64,000 nt of DNA from Maridesulfovibrio sp. GTDB taxonomy: Bacteria > Desulfobacterota > Desulfovibrionia > Desulfovibrionales > Desulfovibrionaceae. Where the stretch lies: positions 3,629,381-3,693,380 of the forward strand of contig NZ_OY787459.1 of assembly GCF_963678865.1 (NCBI RefSeq). Direction: 5' to 3'. The notes beneath the pieces were generated by a model. The model worked only from the letters and a program-made list of their open reading frames with translations. It was not told the origin of the DNA and did not search any database. Numbering within the stretch: position 1 is the stretch's first letter; the number at the start of each line of letters is the position of its first letter. Of this stretch, positions 55,517-64,000 are shown one piece after another. A program made the position numbers and the translations under genes.

Positions 55517-57421
55517 ATGCCTGAGACCTTACCTGTTTATATTGCCCCGTTTGATCTGTTCCTGTTCGGCAAAGGAGAGCACTGGGATTTATACCGTATC
55601 TTGGGAGCCCATTTTGACCTGCAGGAAGGTCTTGAAGGCTACCGTTTTGCCGTATGGGCACCCAATGCCCGTGAAGTTTTTGTTACCGGGGACTTCAACG
55701 GCTGGAATAACCGGGACAACAAACTAATGCCTGTTGGTGTATCCGGAATTTGGGCCGGATTCATTCCCGGTGTGAAGCCCGGACAGATGTATAAATACCA
55801 CGTTGTTCAGAGTAACGGGCATGAAGTAACCAAGACCGACCCTCTCGCTTTCCGTACTGAGATGCGTCCCGGTCATGCCGCAGTAACATGGGGACTCGAT
55901 AACTATGAGTGGCAGGATGAAGAATGGATGGCAGAGCGGCGTGAAATCGGATTGCCTTTGGATAAGCCGGTTTCAGTCTATGAGGTTCACCTCGGTTCAT
56001 GGCGCAGGGAAGGTTGGGATTACCGTTCCTACCGCCAGCTTGCCAAGGAGCTGATCCCCTACGCCAAAGATATGGGGTTCACTCATATCGAACTTATGCC
56101 CATTTCCGAGCACCCTCTTGATGAATCTTGGGGGTATCAGACTACCCATTATTATTCACCGACTTCCAGACATGGAACTCCTGATGATCTGCGTTATTTC
56201 ATTGACCAGTGCCATCAGGCCGGGTTGGGGGTTCTTCTTGACTGGGTTCCGGGTCATTTTCCGAAGGATGATTGGGGATTGGGTCGGTTTGACGGCTCCG
56301 CTCTCTATGAGCATGCCGATGCCCGCAAGGGCGAGCATCCCGACTGGGGAACCTATATTTTTAATTTCGGGCGGCACGAGGTCTGTAACTTCCTGCTTGC
56401 CAACGCCCTCTACTGGCTCAAGGAATTTCATATTGACGGTTTGCGTATAGATGCCGTGGCTTCCATGCTTTATCTTGATTATTCACGCCGTGAAGGGGAG
56501 TGGATTCCCAACGAACACGGCGGTAATGAAAATATTGAGGCCATAGAGCTGCTCAAAAGACTTAATACAGTAGTCCATGAACAGTTTCCCGGTGCCATGA
56601 TGATTGCCGAGGAATCAACCTCATGGCCCGGTGTTTCCCGCCCTGTTTACACCGGTGGGCTCGGTTTCACCTTCAAGTGGAACATGGGCTGGATGAATGA
56701 TACCCTTGATTACATTGAAAAGAGTCCTATTCATCGTTCCTACCATCATAACAATCTAACCTTTTCCATGATCTATGCTTTCAGCGAGAATTTTTTTCTG
56801 CCCCTCTCGCATGATGAAGTTGTGCATGGCAAGGGTGCTTTGCTCTCCAAGATGCCCGGTGACATGTGGCAGCAGATGGCTAACCTGCGACTGCTTTTCA
56901 GCTATCAGTGGGCGCATCCGGGTAAGAACCTGCTTTTCATGGGGTGCGAGTTCGGGCAGTGGAATGAATGGAATTGCCGTCAGGAACTGGACTGGATGCT
57001 GCTCGATTTTCCTTCCCATCAGGGGCTGCGCAATACGGTTATCGACCTGAACCGGGTCATGCATGAGAACCCGTCCATGTACAAGCATGATACTGACTGG
57101 TCCGGATTCGAGTGGGTGGATTTTAACGACTACAAATCCTCGACTATAAGTTTTTTGCGTAAAAGCGAAGGGGATGCTCCCATCCTTTGGGTGTTTAATT
57201 TTACTCCTGTCGTGCGTTCAGGATATTGTCTCGGGTGTCCGCAGGGCGGCAACTGGGCGGAAATATTCAATTCGGATGCCGAAATTTACGGCGGTTCCAA
57301 TGTGGGGAATGTCGGCAAGGTCAAGGCCCGCAAGGCCGGAGATCTCGGTGCTTTCCCCTATTATCTGGAATTGACCCTGCCCCCCCTCGGAGCTATTGCA
57401 CTTCGCCCGGAGCAGGCGTAG
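55517..57421 (+). CDS. glgB: 1,4-alpha-glucan branching enzyme
   Basis: GH13 motifs DWVPGHF, GLRIDAVASM, AEESTSWPG and PLSHDEVVHGK. I prefer the ATG at 55517, which has an AGAGGA RBS. Confidence 0.95.
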   Translation: MPETLPVYIAPFDLFLFGKGEHWDLYRILGAHFDLQEGLEGYRFAVWAPNAREVFVTGDFNGWNNRDNKLMPVGVSGIWAGFIPGVKPGQMYKYHVVQSNGHEVTKTDPLAFRTEMRPGHAAVTWGLDNYEWQDEEWMAERREIGLPLDKPVSVYEVHLGSWRREGWDYRSYRQLAKELIPYAKDMGFTHIELMPISEHPLDESWGYQTTHYYSPTSRHGTPDDLRYFIDQCHQAGLGVLLDWVPGHFPKDDWGLGRFDGSALYEHADARKGEHPDWGTYIFNFGRHEVCNFLLANALYWLKEFHIDGLRIDAVASMLYLDYSRREGEWIPNEHGGNENIEAIELLKRLNTVVHEQFPGAMMIAEESTSWPGVSRPVYTGGLGFTFKWNMGWMNDTLDYIEKSPIHRSYHHNNLTFSMIYAFSENFFLPLSHDEVVHGKGALLSKMPGDMWQQMANLRLLFSYQWAHPGKNLLFMGCEFGQWNEWNCRQELDWMLLDFPSHQGLRNTVIDLNRVMHENPSMYKHDTDWSGFEWVDFNDYKSSTISFLRKSEGDAPILWVFNFTPVVRSGYCLGCPQGGNWAEIFNSDAEIYGGSNVGNVGKVKARKAGDLGAFPYYLELTLPPLGAIALRPEQA

Positions 57422-57423
57422 AA

Positions 57424-57535
57424 AAATGCCTCCGGCGGCCAAAGGGGAAGGGGGAACTTTTGCTGACGCCAAAAAGTTCCCCCTTCCCCTTTGGAATCCC
57501 CATCCCCTTCAAAACGCGCTAATAAGCTTCGCATG
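57424..57535. repeat. nested-palindrome intergenic element, copy G (left arm with a 21-bp perfect inner hairpin)
   Basis: GCCTCCGGCGGCC at 57428-57440. AAAGGGGAAGGGGGAACTTTT (57441-57461) pairs perfectly with AAAAGTTCCCCCTTCCCCTTT (57471-57491). GGAATCCCC and a GCGC module follow. Confidence 0.85.
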
Positions 57536-57648
57536 TAGTTTATAGTGCGACTTTTAATAATGATAACGTAATGGCGCGTGAAATCTTGCGAAGTTGAAAT
57601 TTGTCCAACTGGCTGTGCTGTGTGGCGAACCTTAATTAAATTTTCTTT

Positions 57649-57671
57649 GGCCCCGGAGAGCCGCCGGAGGC
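57649..57671. repeat. nested-palindrome intergenic element, copy H (right arm; may pair with copy G)
   Basis: GGCCCCGGAGAGCCGCCGGAGGC, 25 nt upstream of the pdxA start. Confidence 0.75.
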
Positions 57672-57696
57672 AAATTCTTTTCTGGAGATATAACCT

Positions 57697-58680
57697 ATGA
57701 AAAAAAATATATGTATTACTTTGGGTGATCCTAATGGATTGGGCCCTGAACTGGCCTGCCGCCTGCTCGCAGAGCGTCCGGCTGACCGTGCTTACCTGAT
57801 GATCGGACCGGAGAATGGTCTGGAGTATCATCTTGAGCGTTTGGGGCTGGAAAAATTTTATACTGTCCTCGATGATCCCGAGCAGATTGTTGATGCCGAA
57901 CCGGGCTATTATCTTTATTGTCCGGAAGTGTTGAAAGATTTCGAGTTGCAGGTCGGTGTGGCAGACCCTGAAGGGGGACGCTGTGCCGGTGAAGCCATGG
58001 AAACGGCTATGGATCTGCTTAACCGTAAAGTTCTGGCCGGGCTGGTAACCTGTCCTTTGAATAAGGCTATGCTGCAATTGGCCGGGTTCGATTTTCCAGG
58101 TCATACTGAATTTCTGGCTACCCGTTCTGGCGTAGGCCGGGAAAATGTATGCATGCATCTGGGCGGCCCCAGACTCAAAGTCAGTCTGGTAACTACGCAC
58201 CCCAGATTTGTTGATATCCCGGAATTGATTACCAAAGAACGGATTCTGCGCTGCATAGAACTTACTGACGGTCTGGTAAAATCATTGGGGCTTGATAAAC
58301 CTATTGCGGTCTGCGGGCTTAATCCCCATGCCGGGGAATCCGGGCGCATCGGTGATGAGGAAATCAAGGTAATTGAGCCTGCCCTTGAAGAAGCGCGGGC
58401 CAAGGGATTTAATGTTGAAGGTCCTTTTCCAGGTGATACTGTTTTCTACTTTGCGGCTCAGGGTGATTACAGTGCCGTGTTGGCCATGTATCATGATCAG
58501 GGGTTGGCTCCGCTTAAGCTGCTTCATTTCAGCGAGGCTGTTAACATCACTCTCGGGTTGCCTTTTCCGCGTACTTCCCCGGATCACGGGACGGGATATG
58601 ATATTACCGGCACAGGTAAGGCTTCTCTCGACAGCTTCAAGGCGGCTATGGACTGCGCTGTGATGATGGTTGATGCTTAG
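57697..58680 (+). CDS. pdxA: 4-hydroxythreonine-4-phosphate dehydrogenase
   Basis: ITLGDPNGLGPEL, GHTEFLA, GLNPHAGE and TSPDHGT are PdxA motifs. Confidence 0.95.
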   Translation: MKKNICITLGDPNGLGPELACRLLAERPADRAYLMIGPENGLEYHLERLGLEKFYTVLDDPEQIVDAEPGYYLYCPEVLKDFELQVGVADPEGGRCAGEAMETAMDLLNRKVLAGLVTCPLNKAMLQLAGFDFPGHTEFLATRSGVGRENVCMHLGGPRLKVSLVTTHPRFVDIPELITKERILRCIELTDGLVKSLGLDKPIAVCGLNPHAGESGRIGDEEIKVIEPALEEARAKGFNVEGPFPGDTVFYFAAQGDYSAVLAMYHDQGLAPLKLLHFSEAVNITLGLPFPRTSPDHGTGYDITGTGKASLDSFKAAMDCAVMMVDA

Positions 58681-58695
58681 TGTAATATTTTTTTC

Positions 58696-58729
58696 AGGCC
58701 CGCAGATTTCAAGTCTGCGGGCCTTTTTC
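58696..58729 (+). terminator. intrinsic terminator of pdxA
   Basis: AGGCCCGCAGA/TCTGCGGGCCT hairpin followed by TTTTT. Confidence 0.9.
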
Positions 58730-58882
58730 TTATGCAGTTCAGGTATAATGCCGATAATATAGATACTGATGTTTGCAATAGTGTGGACCTAAAGTTGGAG
58801 TTGGGTTATTCTAAATGTCCTTTATTTTTCGACTCAGAGTGAGTGTTCGCATGTGCTGTAAACTTTATTTGGGGGGAAGGAC

Positions 58883-60754
58883 ATGAGTTGGGTTTCCCGA
58901 AGCCTGTTGAGAGTCATTTTGTTGCCGATAATCCTATCCATCATGATTGGAATCGGCAGTCTGGTATTTTATGTACAGAATTCATCATATGAAATGGTCC
59001 TTGATAATTCCTTGGACTCAGCCTCCAGTCAGGCCTCCATTATTGCTTCCTCCCTTGATCTTTTTGTTACTGATACAGTTGCGGCGGTTAAGAGTCTTGC
59101 GGGACAGGAGGCGGTTAAGGATGTTTTTAAAGGCAAAGCCTCATATGCCGGAAAATTGTTCAAGCAAACCATGCGCGACAATGAAGTTATCTGGGCTGTG
59201 CTCACATTTGACCGTAATGGTAAAATCCTGTCTGGATTAACCAGTCAGGGAGGTGTTCTGGATGGACTGGATATCAGTTCCCGGGACTACGTGAAAGCTA
59301 TTTTGAAGGGCAAGGATACTTATATAACGGAGTCTGTTTTCCGGTCCAAAACCGACAAGAGCTTACTTTTCGGTGCCAGTTCTGCGGTTAGGGATACTAA
59401 GGGAAATGTGCTGGGCGGTATAGCGGTTTTCGGTGACTGGCTGAAATTTGCCAATCGTTTTGTGCGTCCTGTCGTTGTAGGAACTGAAGGTTATGGCGTG
59501 ATTACTGACGCTTCCGGTAGGGTTCTTTACCATCCTGCGGAAAAACTTATTTTAGAAGATTTAAGCAAGTACAATTTTATGAAAAGGGCCCTTGCATCCG
59601 GAAACGGGAAAGAATTTTATGACTGGCATGGACGCAGCAAGGCCATGATTTTCAAGACCGACCCCAAGACAGGCTGGATTGTCATGCTTACCGCCTATGA
59701 AAGTGATTTGGCTTCGGCTGCCGTGATGCAACGCAATGTGTTGATTATCGTAGGTGGGCTGATTGTTCTGGTGGTTTGCGGCATTGTTTATTTTTCAGTA
59801 CGCAGACTGGTAATTTTTCCTGTTTCCACCGGAATGCATGTGGCAAGGAAAATGGCTTCCGGCGATCTTACGGATTCCGTTAGCAGTGAATCTCCCAATG
59901 AAATCGGTAAGCTCATGCGTTCTCTCGGTAGTATGATAACTTCATTGCGCGAGGTTGTGCTCGGGGTAAAGTCTGCTGCGGAGCAGGTAGCCGCAGGCAG
60001 TGAGGAAGTTGCTGCATCTGCCCAGCATCTTTCAGCAGGAGCCACAGAACAGGCCGCTTCCGTGGAGGAGGTCTCAGCATCTATTTCCCAAATGACAAGC
60101 AATATTTCCAAAAACACCGAACTTGCCGAGCAGACTCGTGAGATTGCGGTCAAAACCGCTCGGGAAGCTGTGAATGGAGGGGAGGCAGTTTCCCAGACAG
60201 TGAATGCTATGCAGGATATTGCTGAGAAAACTTCCATCATTGAGGAAATTGCCCGCCAGACCAATCTATTGGCTCTGAATGCCGCCATCGAGGCAGCCCG
60301 GGCCGGTGAACACGGTAAAGGTTTTGCCGTGGTTGCTTCAGAAGTGCGCAAACTTGCTGAGCGGAGCGGTTTTGCTGCCGGAGAAATCAGGGAGCTGACC
60401 GGATCAAGTCTGGAAGTTGCAGAGAGGGCCAAGCAGGTACTGAGCTCCATGATTAAAGATATTAACCGGAATGAGGAGCTTGTTGCTGAAGTTGCAGCAG
60501 CCAGCCGGGAACAATTCGAGGGCGGGCAACAGATTTCAAAGGCCATAGTGCAGCTTGATGAGGTCATCCAGCGTAATGCCGCTTTCGCGGAAGAGCTTTC
60601 CTCCACTTCTGAAGAACTGTCAGCGCAGGCGGTAAAACTTCAGGATACAATGGAGTTTTTTACTGTTCCGGCATATGGGACCCGCATGTCCTCCGACATC
60701 CGAAACAATGCCGGACCTGTTATGGCATTGAAGCAGGGGGATGATGATTTTTAA
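58883..60754 (+). CDS. methyl-accepting chemotaxis protein (Cache-like sensor, HAMP, MA domain)
   Basis: Two TM segments flank a ~270-aa periplasmic domain. A HAMP domain follows, and the conserved signalling hairpin reads [44 protein letters not shown]. Confidence 0.93.
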   Translation: MSWVSRSLLRVILLPIILSIMIGIGSLVFYVQNSSYEMVLDNSLDSASSQASIIASSLDLFVTDTVAAVKSLAGQEAVKDVFKGKASYAGKLFKQTMRDNEVIWAVLTFDRNGKILSGLTSQGGVLDGLDISSRDYVKAILKGKDTYITESVFRSKTDKSLLFGASSAVRDTKGNVLGGIAVFGDWLKFANRFVRPVVVGTEGYGVITDASGRVLYHPAEKLILEDLSKYNFMKRALASGNGKEFYDWHGRSKAMIFKTDPKTGWIVMLTAYESDLASAAVMQRNVLIIVGGLIVLVVCGIVYFSVRRLVIFPVSTGMHVARKMASGDLTDSVSSESPNEIGKLMRSLGSMITSLREVVLGVKSAAEQVAAGSEEVAASAQHLSAGATEQAASVEEVSASISQMTSNISKNTELAEQTREIAVKTAREAVNGGEAVSQTVNAMQDIAEKTSIIEEIARQTNLLALNAAIEAARAGEHGKGFAVVASEVRKLAERSGFAAGEIRELTGSSLEVAERAKQVLSSMIKDINRNEELVAEVAAASREQFEGGQQISKAIVQLDEVIQRNAAFAEELSSTSEELSAQAVKLQDTMEFFTVPAYGTRMSSDIRNNAGPVMALKQGDDDF

Positions 60755-61096
60755 ATAAGTGGAGCTGACAATTCATGAAAACGACTTATCTTATAAATAA
60801 GACATCGTTTTTTGATGGATTATCAGGAGGAGATGTTCAGGGCATGGTTTGAAATGTCCATAGCCGCAGTCCTGTTTCCTTATTTGAAGGATAGCGGTTG
60901 CCGGATCCGGGCAGGAGGCAATTGCTCTTATCAGGTTGTCCACTCTTAGTGCGGCGCTATGTAACTCAGGATCTGCTGTTGGGTAGCCGGGTTGTTTACG
61001 GCGAGGACAGGGATCAGTTGCAGAACTTCTTTCGTGTAGCGATGAAGCGGCGGAAAATCTCCTCCTGTTCACATAAATTATGGTTGTGGTTAGAGT

Positions 61097-61135
61097 GAAG
61101 TGCGGTACATCTGATGTGCCGCACTTCTGCTTTGG
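61097..61135 (+). terminator. strong hairpin, terminator-like, with no obvious gene attached
   Basis: GAAGTGCGGTACAT-CTG-ATGTGCCGCACTTC, a 14-bp stem with one G-U pair, followed by a T-rich run. It lies 343 nt after the MCP stop. Confidence 0.45.
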
Positions 61136-61203
61136 TGATTTGCACTTGCCCAACATTTAGAAAAGGTACATATTTAAGTAAAAGCAAGATTGGAGTTCAT
61201 AAT

Positions 61204-61956
61204 ATGAGTGTCGGGCGTTTCAAAATATTTATCACAATATTTATTCTACTGCTCGGTTTGAAGGCTGGAAATGCTGACGCTGACAATGTTGTTTACCTGA
61301 GTTCCCTTGAATGGCCGCCTTATGTAGGGAAACGTCTTCCAGAAAACGGTTCCAGTGCCGAAATTGTTCGTAAAGCCTTTGCCGCCATGGGTTATGAACT
61401 GAAAATATTGTTTTTGCCATGGAAAAGGTCCATGCATATGGTTGAGGTGGATTTTCAGGTCGTCGGTTATTTCCCGGAATATTATTCCCCGCAACGTGCT
61501 GAAAAGTTTATTTTTTCAAAAAGTTATGGGTGTAGTTCGGTCTCTTTGCTGGAACATGTTAAAAGTCCGGTGGACTGGGATACTGTTGACGATCTGGCCG
61601 GGCTGCGGGTCGGTTTTGTCTCTGGATACGTAAATACCCCTGAATTGGATGCGGCCATTGCCAATGGAACGGTCCGTCCAAATTACGCTCCTACAGATAA
61701 GAACAATATTCTGAAGGTAGCCAAGGGCAGAATTGATTGCGCAGTGGTGGATCCCTTGGTTTACAGTTATCTGGCTGCAACAGATCAGGATATAAAAAAA
61801 TATAGCGATACTATGGAGATTAAGCCGAGGGCCTTCGGTGTTAACGAACTTTATGTTGCTTTCAGAAAAGATGAGCAGGGGCGGTATTTTTCAAGGATTT
61901 TGAATGAAGGTTTGAGAAAAATAGGTGTTGGCGGATCCTGTGACCAACATAACTAA
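61204..61956 (+). CDS. periplasmic substrate-binding protein, family 3-like (type 2 PBP)
   Basis: Taken from the ATG at 61204, giving the signal peptide MSVGRFKIFITIFILLLGLKAGNADA. LEWPPYVG...LPWKRS...VGFVSGY is typical of orphan family-3 SBP-like proteins. Confidence 0.72.
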   Translation: MSVGRFKIFITIFILLLGLKAGNADADNVVYLSSLEWPPYVGKRLPENGSSAEIVRKAFAAMGYELKILFLPWKRSMHMVEVDFQVVGYFPEYYSPQRAEKFIFSKSYGCSSVSLLEHVKSPVDWDTVDDLAGLRVGFVSGYVNTPELDAAIANGTVRPNYAPTDKNNILKVAKGRIDCAVVDPLVYSYLAATDQDIKKYSDTMEIKPRAFGVNELYVAFRKDEQGRYFSRILNEGLRKIGVGGSCDQHN

Positions 61957-61972
61957 TTCAAGAGGTTGTTGA

Positions 61973-62593
61973 ATGTCTGGCAGTGAAATTCCCCGGTCAA
62001 GTTTCGAGAAACCATCGCTTTATTTATTGTCGCTGCTGCTGAATCCCGACGGGGCTGCTTCCGGCCAATCCATCCCATCCGATTTCGGGACACTTACTTT
62101 TCGTAAAATGGACCTGTTGCAGGAGCGGGGACGGATTCCGCAGTTGGTACTTGATTATGAGCTTGCGGGCGGTTCATTTCAGGCCGTTTACTTCGGGCAT
62201 GTATCGCCATTCAAGCTTCACCGTACTGAGCTTAAGCACAACGGCGCGGTTGTGAAGCATGTTTTTTCCGAAGCTGCCGGCGGGCATATTCATATGGAAA
62301 CGGCTCTGCCTCCTTCAGGATTGCCGCAGGGATTGGACTGGAAGATTGTTGCCGGAAGCCTTTGTTTGTGGAGGGCCTGTGTCGGGTTGCCTTCGGGGTG
62401 CGATAAATCTCTTGGCAAATATTTTTCCAAGATGAAGTCGGTCTCCCGCTACCAGTGGACCAATGACAGGTTTGAGATACAAGACAGTAATATTCTGGAA
62501 ACATGGTCTTCGGATATACCTTGCGGAGAAGCAGAATGTATTAACTTTTCTATTTTTTTTGCTAATGGATTGATAGCAGGAATTTCGTTTTGA
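61973..62593 (+). CDS. hypothetical protein
   Basis: 206-aa ORF starting 16 nt after the SBP-like gene, with a GAGG RBS. No family recognised. Confidence 0.55.
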   Translation: MSGSEIPRSSFEKPSLYLLSLLLNPDGAASGQSIPSDFGTLTFRKMDLLQERGRIPQLVLDYELAGGSFQAVYFGHVSPFKLHRTELKHNGAVVKHVFSEAAGGHIHMETALPPSGLPQGLDWKIVAGSLCLWRACVGLPSGCDKSLGKYFSKMKSVSRYQWTNDRFEIQDSNILETWSSDIPCGEAECINFSIFFANGLIAGISF

Positions 62594-62716
62594 CTTGCAA
62601 ATAAAATTTTTATACTTCATAAAAAATAGTATACTGTAATTGTATGAAATGCCATATTGCTTGACTTAAGGCGTTGCCGGAGTTAAGTCTGCCCCTCGTT
62701 ATATTTTGGGGGGAAC

Positions 62717-63880
62717 GTGATCAAACGTAATTTTCGGGGCGAGTTTCTAGACACCGAGCTGGAAGAATCGTTTCAACATGATAAATGGCCTTCAGTTCGT
62801 TTCAGGCTGCTTTTTCTATACATTGTAACTATCTCTACGTACCTTTTGGGTGCGTGCAGTGACTTTTATGATCTGGGTCCCGGATCAGAATTTTACACTA
62901 TCTTGATCGGCAGGATAGGGGCCTGCATGATCGGTATATTAGCTTTTGTAGTGCTCTTCGCCAACAGGGTCAGATTGAGTGTGCAATACACTCTAATGTC
63001 TGTCGGTATGTTTTCTTTTCTGCTTGTAGAGTCTTTGGAACTGGTGGTTAAGGCTTCAGCCGTCGGTACACTCAGTGTTCCGACTACGGTATTTATTGTT
63101 CTTGCATACTATATTCTGCTCCCTCCTCGCCTTGTGCCTTCACTTGTCGCCGCTGTTTCAGGATCTGTGCTTTATCTTGGTGCTCTGTCCACTCTCGTCC
63201 CTGTTCAGTCCGGAACTTTTGTTAATTCTGCTATTTATCTTTTTCTGGCGAATGGATTCGGGTTGTTTTTCCTGTTCACGTTCGGCATATCCCTGCGCAG
63301 GGAATACGCAGCGATCAAGGATTTGAAAAGACTGGTGGAGTTTGATGAACTTACCGGGGTCAGCAGCAGGCGAAAGGTGCTGGAGTCCGGGGTCGGTCTG
63401 TTCAGGTCCGCCCGCCGGTTTAACAGTAAGCTGGCAGTGTTGATCATGGATATTGACCATTTCAAAAAGATTAATGATGATTACGGGCACCACGCTGGTG
63501 ATGACGTTCTCAGGGAAACAGCAAAACGCTGTTCCGCAGTATTGCGTGACGTTGATTCTTTTGGGCGTCTGGGTGGTGAGGAGTTTGTGATAATTCTGCC
63601 CCATTCAAGCCTTTATGATGGAATCAAAGTAGCTGAAAGGCTGCGTGGAGCAATTCGTGCGCGGATGTTTCAGGTGGAAGATTACTACCTGTCTTCATCG
63701 GTCAGCATCGGGGTTGCTGAATTGCGGGACCATGGAGATTTTGCCGAATTGTTGCAGGATGCTGATAGACAATTGTACCGGGCCAAGAACAGTGGCCGGA
63801 ATCAAGTTTCTCCGGCTATGTTACGGGCTGTCAAGCCGATCAAGCCCATAGATATTTCGCAAGAGGGTGGAAGAGTTTAG
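62717..63880 (+). CDS. diguanylate cyclase with an N-terminal multi-TM sensor module
   Basis: About 6 hydrophobic helices precede a GGDEF domain. The active site is RLGGEEF, and an RDVD (RxxD) I-site lies 5 residues upstream. GTG start with a GGGGGA RBS. Confidence 0.9.
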   Translation: MIKRNFRGEFLDTELEESFQHDKWPSVRFRLLFLYIVTISTYLLGACSDFYDLGPGSEFYTILIGRIGACMIGILAFVVLFANRVRLSVQYTLMSVGMFSFLLVESLELVVKASAVGTLSVPTTVFIVLAYYILLPPRLVPSLVAAVSGSVLYLGALSTLVPVQSGTFVNSAIYLFLANGFGLFFLFTFGISLRREYAAIKDLKRLVEFDELTGVSSRRKVLESGVGLFRSARRFNSKLAVLIMDIDHFKKINDDYGHHAGDDVLRETAKRCSAVLRDVDSFGRLGGEEFVIILPHSSLYDGIKVAERLRGAIRARMFQVEDYYLSSSVSIGVAELRDHGDFAELLQDADRQLYRAKNSGRNQVSPAMLRAVKPIKPIDISQEGGRV

Positions 63881-63900
63881 CTCTTCCACCCCTTTTTTTT
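63865..63900. terminator. bidirectional terminator between the GGDEF gene and ettA
   Basis: GGGTGGAAGAG-TTTAG-CTCTTCCACCC stem overlaps the GGDEF stop codon and is followed by T8. Confidence 0.85.
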
Positions 63901-64000
63901 ATCTGGTGAGTTTTCTGTATTTAATGCGGTGGGGTTGGTCAGCGTCCTTGCCCAGCCTCTTTCTGCGGTCCTCTTCGTATTCAGAGTAGGAACCTTCGTA
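63899..64000 (-). CDS. ettA: energy-dependent translational throttle protein EttA, C-terminal end only (gene continues beyond the right edge)
   Basis: Minus-strand translation gives YEGSYSEYEEDRRKRLGKDADQPHRIKYRKLTR*, which resembles the conserved EttA C-terminus (xGNxxEYEExKKxxLGxDAxxPxRIKYKxxxx). Confidence 0.7.
   Translation of the reverse strand, partial: YEGSYSEYEEDRRKRLGKDADQPHRIKYRKLTR

Noticed and set aside
57361-58200. 279-aa minus-strand ORF
   Set aside because: It overlaps the well-supported pdxA gene and runs through the intergenic repeat copies G and H. No motifs or RBS.
58750-58757. GCCGATAA, a perfect sigma-28 -10 element about 125 nt upstream of the MCP gene
   Set aside because: No TAAA-type -35 element sits at the required ~15-nt spacing (the sequence there is CTTATG). 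It is too weak to call a FliA promoter from sequence alone.
59788-60606. 272-aa minus-strand ORF rich in Ser/Ala
   Set aside because: It is antisense to the Ala/Glu-rich signalling domain of the MCP. This is the classic complementary-strand artefact of such low-complexity coding sequence.
60791-61156. 121-aa minus-strand ORF between the MCP and SBP genes
   Set aside because: It has no RBS and an odd Cys/Pro/Arg-rich composition, and it crosses the 61097-61127 hairpin. It is kept only as part of the possible gene-remnant observation.

Overview
This is a 64-kb chromosomal segment of moderate GC, with an AT-rich islet at about 3.5-5.0 kb. Gene content and protein sequences look like a marine Desulfovibrionaceae-type genome (Desulfovibrio/Maridesulfovibrio-like), but that is inference only. 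I can support about 58 protein-coding genes. I recognised no rRNA, tRNA, CRISPR array, transposase or prophage genes. Most genes are housekeeping: a peptide/nickel-type ABC importer, tag, acs, mtaB-yicC-remA-gmk-pyrF-recJ, lipB-lipA, cbiK, tsaC, glgA-glgB and pdxA. Signalling genes are interspersed: a PAS histidine kinase with two response regulators, a split CheA-like module, an MCP, a PilZ protein and a GGDEF protein. Features not explained by ordinary gene calls, in order of interest: (1) In the 950-bp gene-free gap at 52.5-53.5 kb there is a tandem duplication. Each copy carries a consensus sigma-54 promoter that would drive a ~69-nt transcript ending in an intrinsic terminator. This is a candidate pair of enhancer-dependent small RNAs. 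(2) A family of nested-palindrome intergenic repeats with core GCCTCCGGCGGC...GCCGCCGGAGGC plus AAAGGGTTTAAG hairpins occurs at least 8 times, always between genes. (3) An AT-rich islet encodes a membrane-anchored protein with a nucleoside-2-deoxyribosyltransferase/TIR-like domain, next to a chagasin-like inhibitor lipoprotein. (4) A translationally coupled operon encodes a retropepsin-like protease, an inactive-transglutaminase-7TM protein, a RimK-like ATP-grasp ligase and an extra lipoprotein. (5) A REC / Hpt-STAS / CheA-without-P1 operon has no MCP or stand-alone CheW nearby. All functional calls come from reading the supplied translations and recognising motifs. No database search was run.
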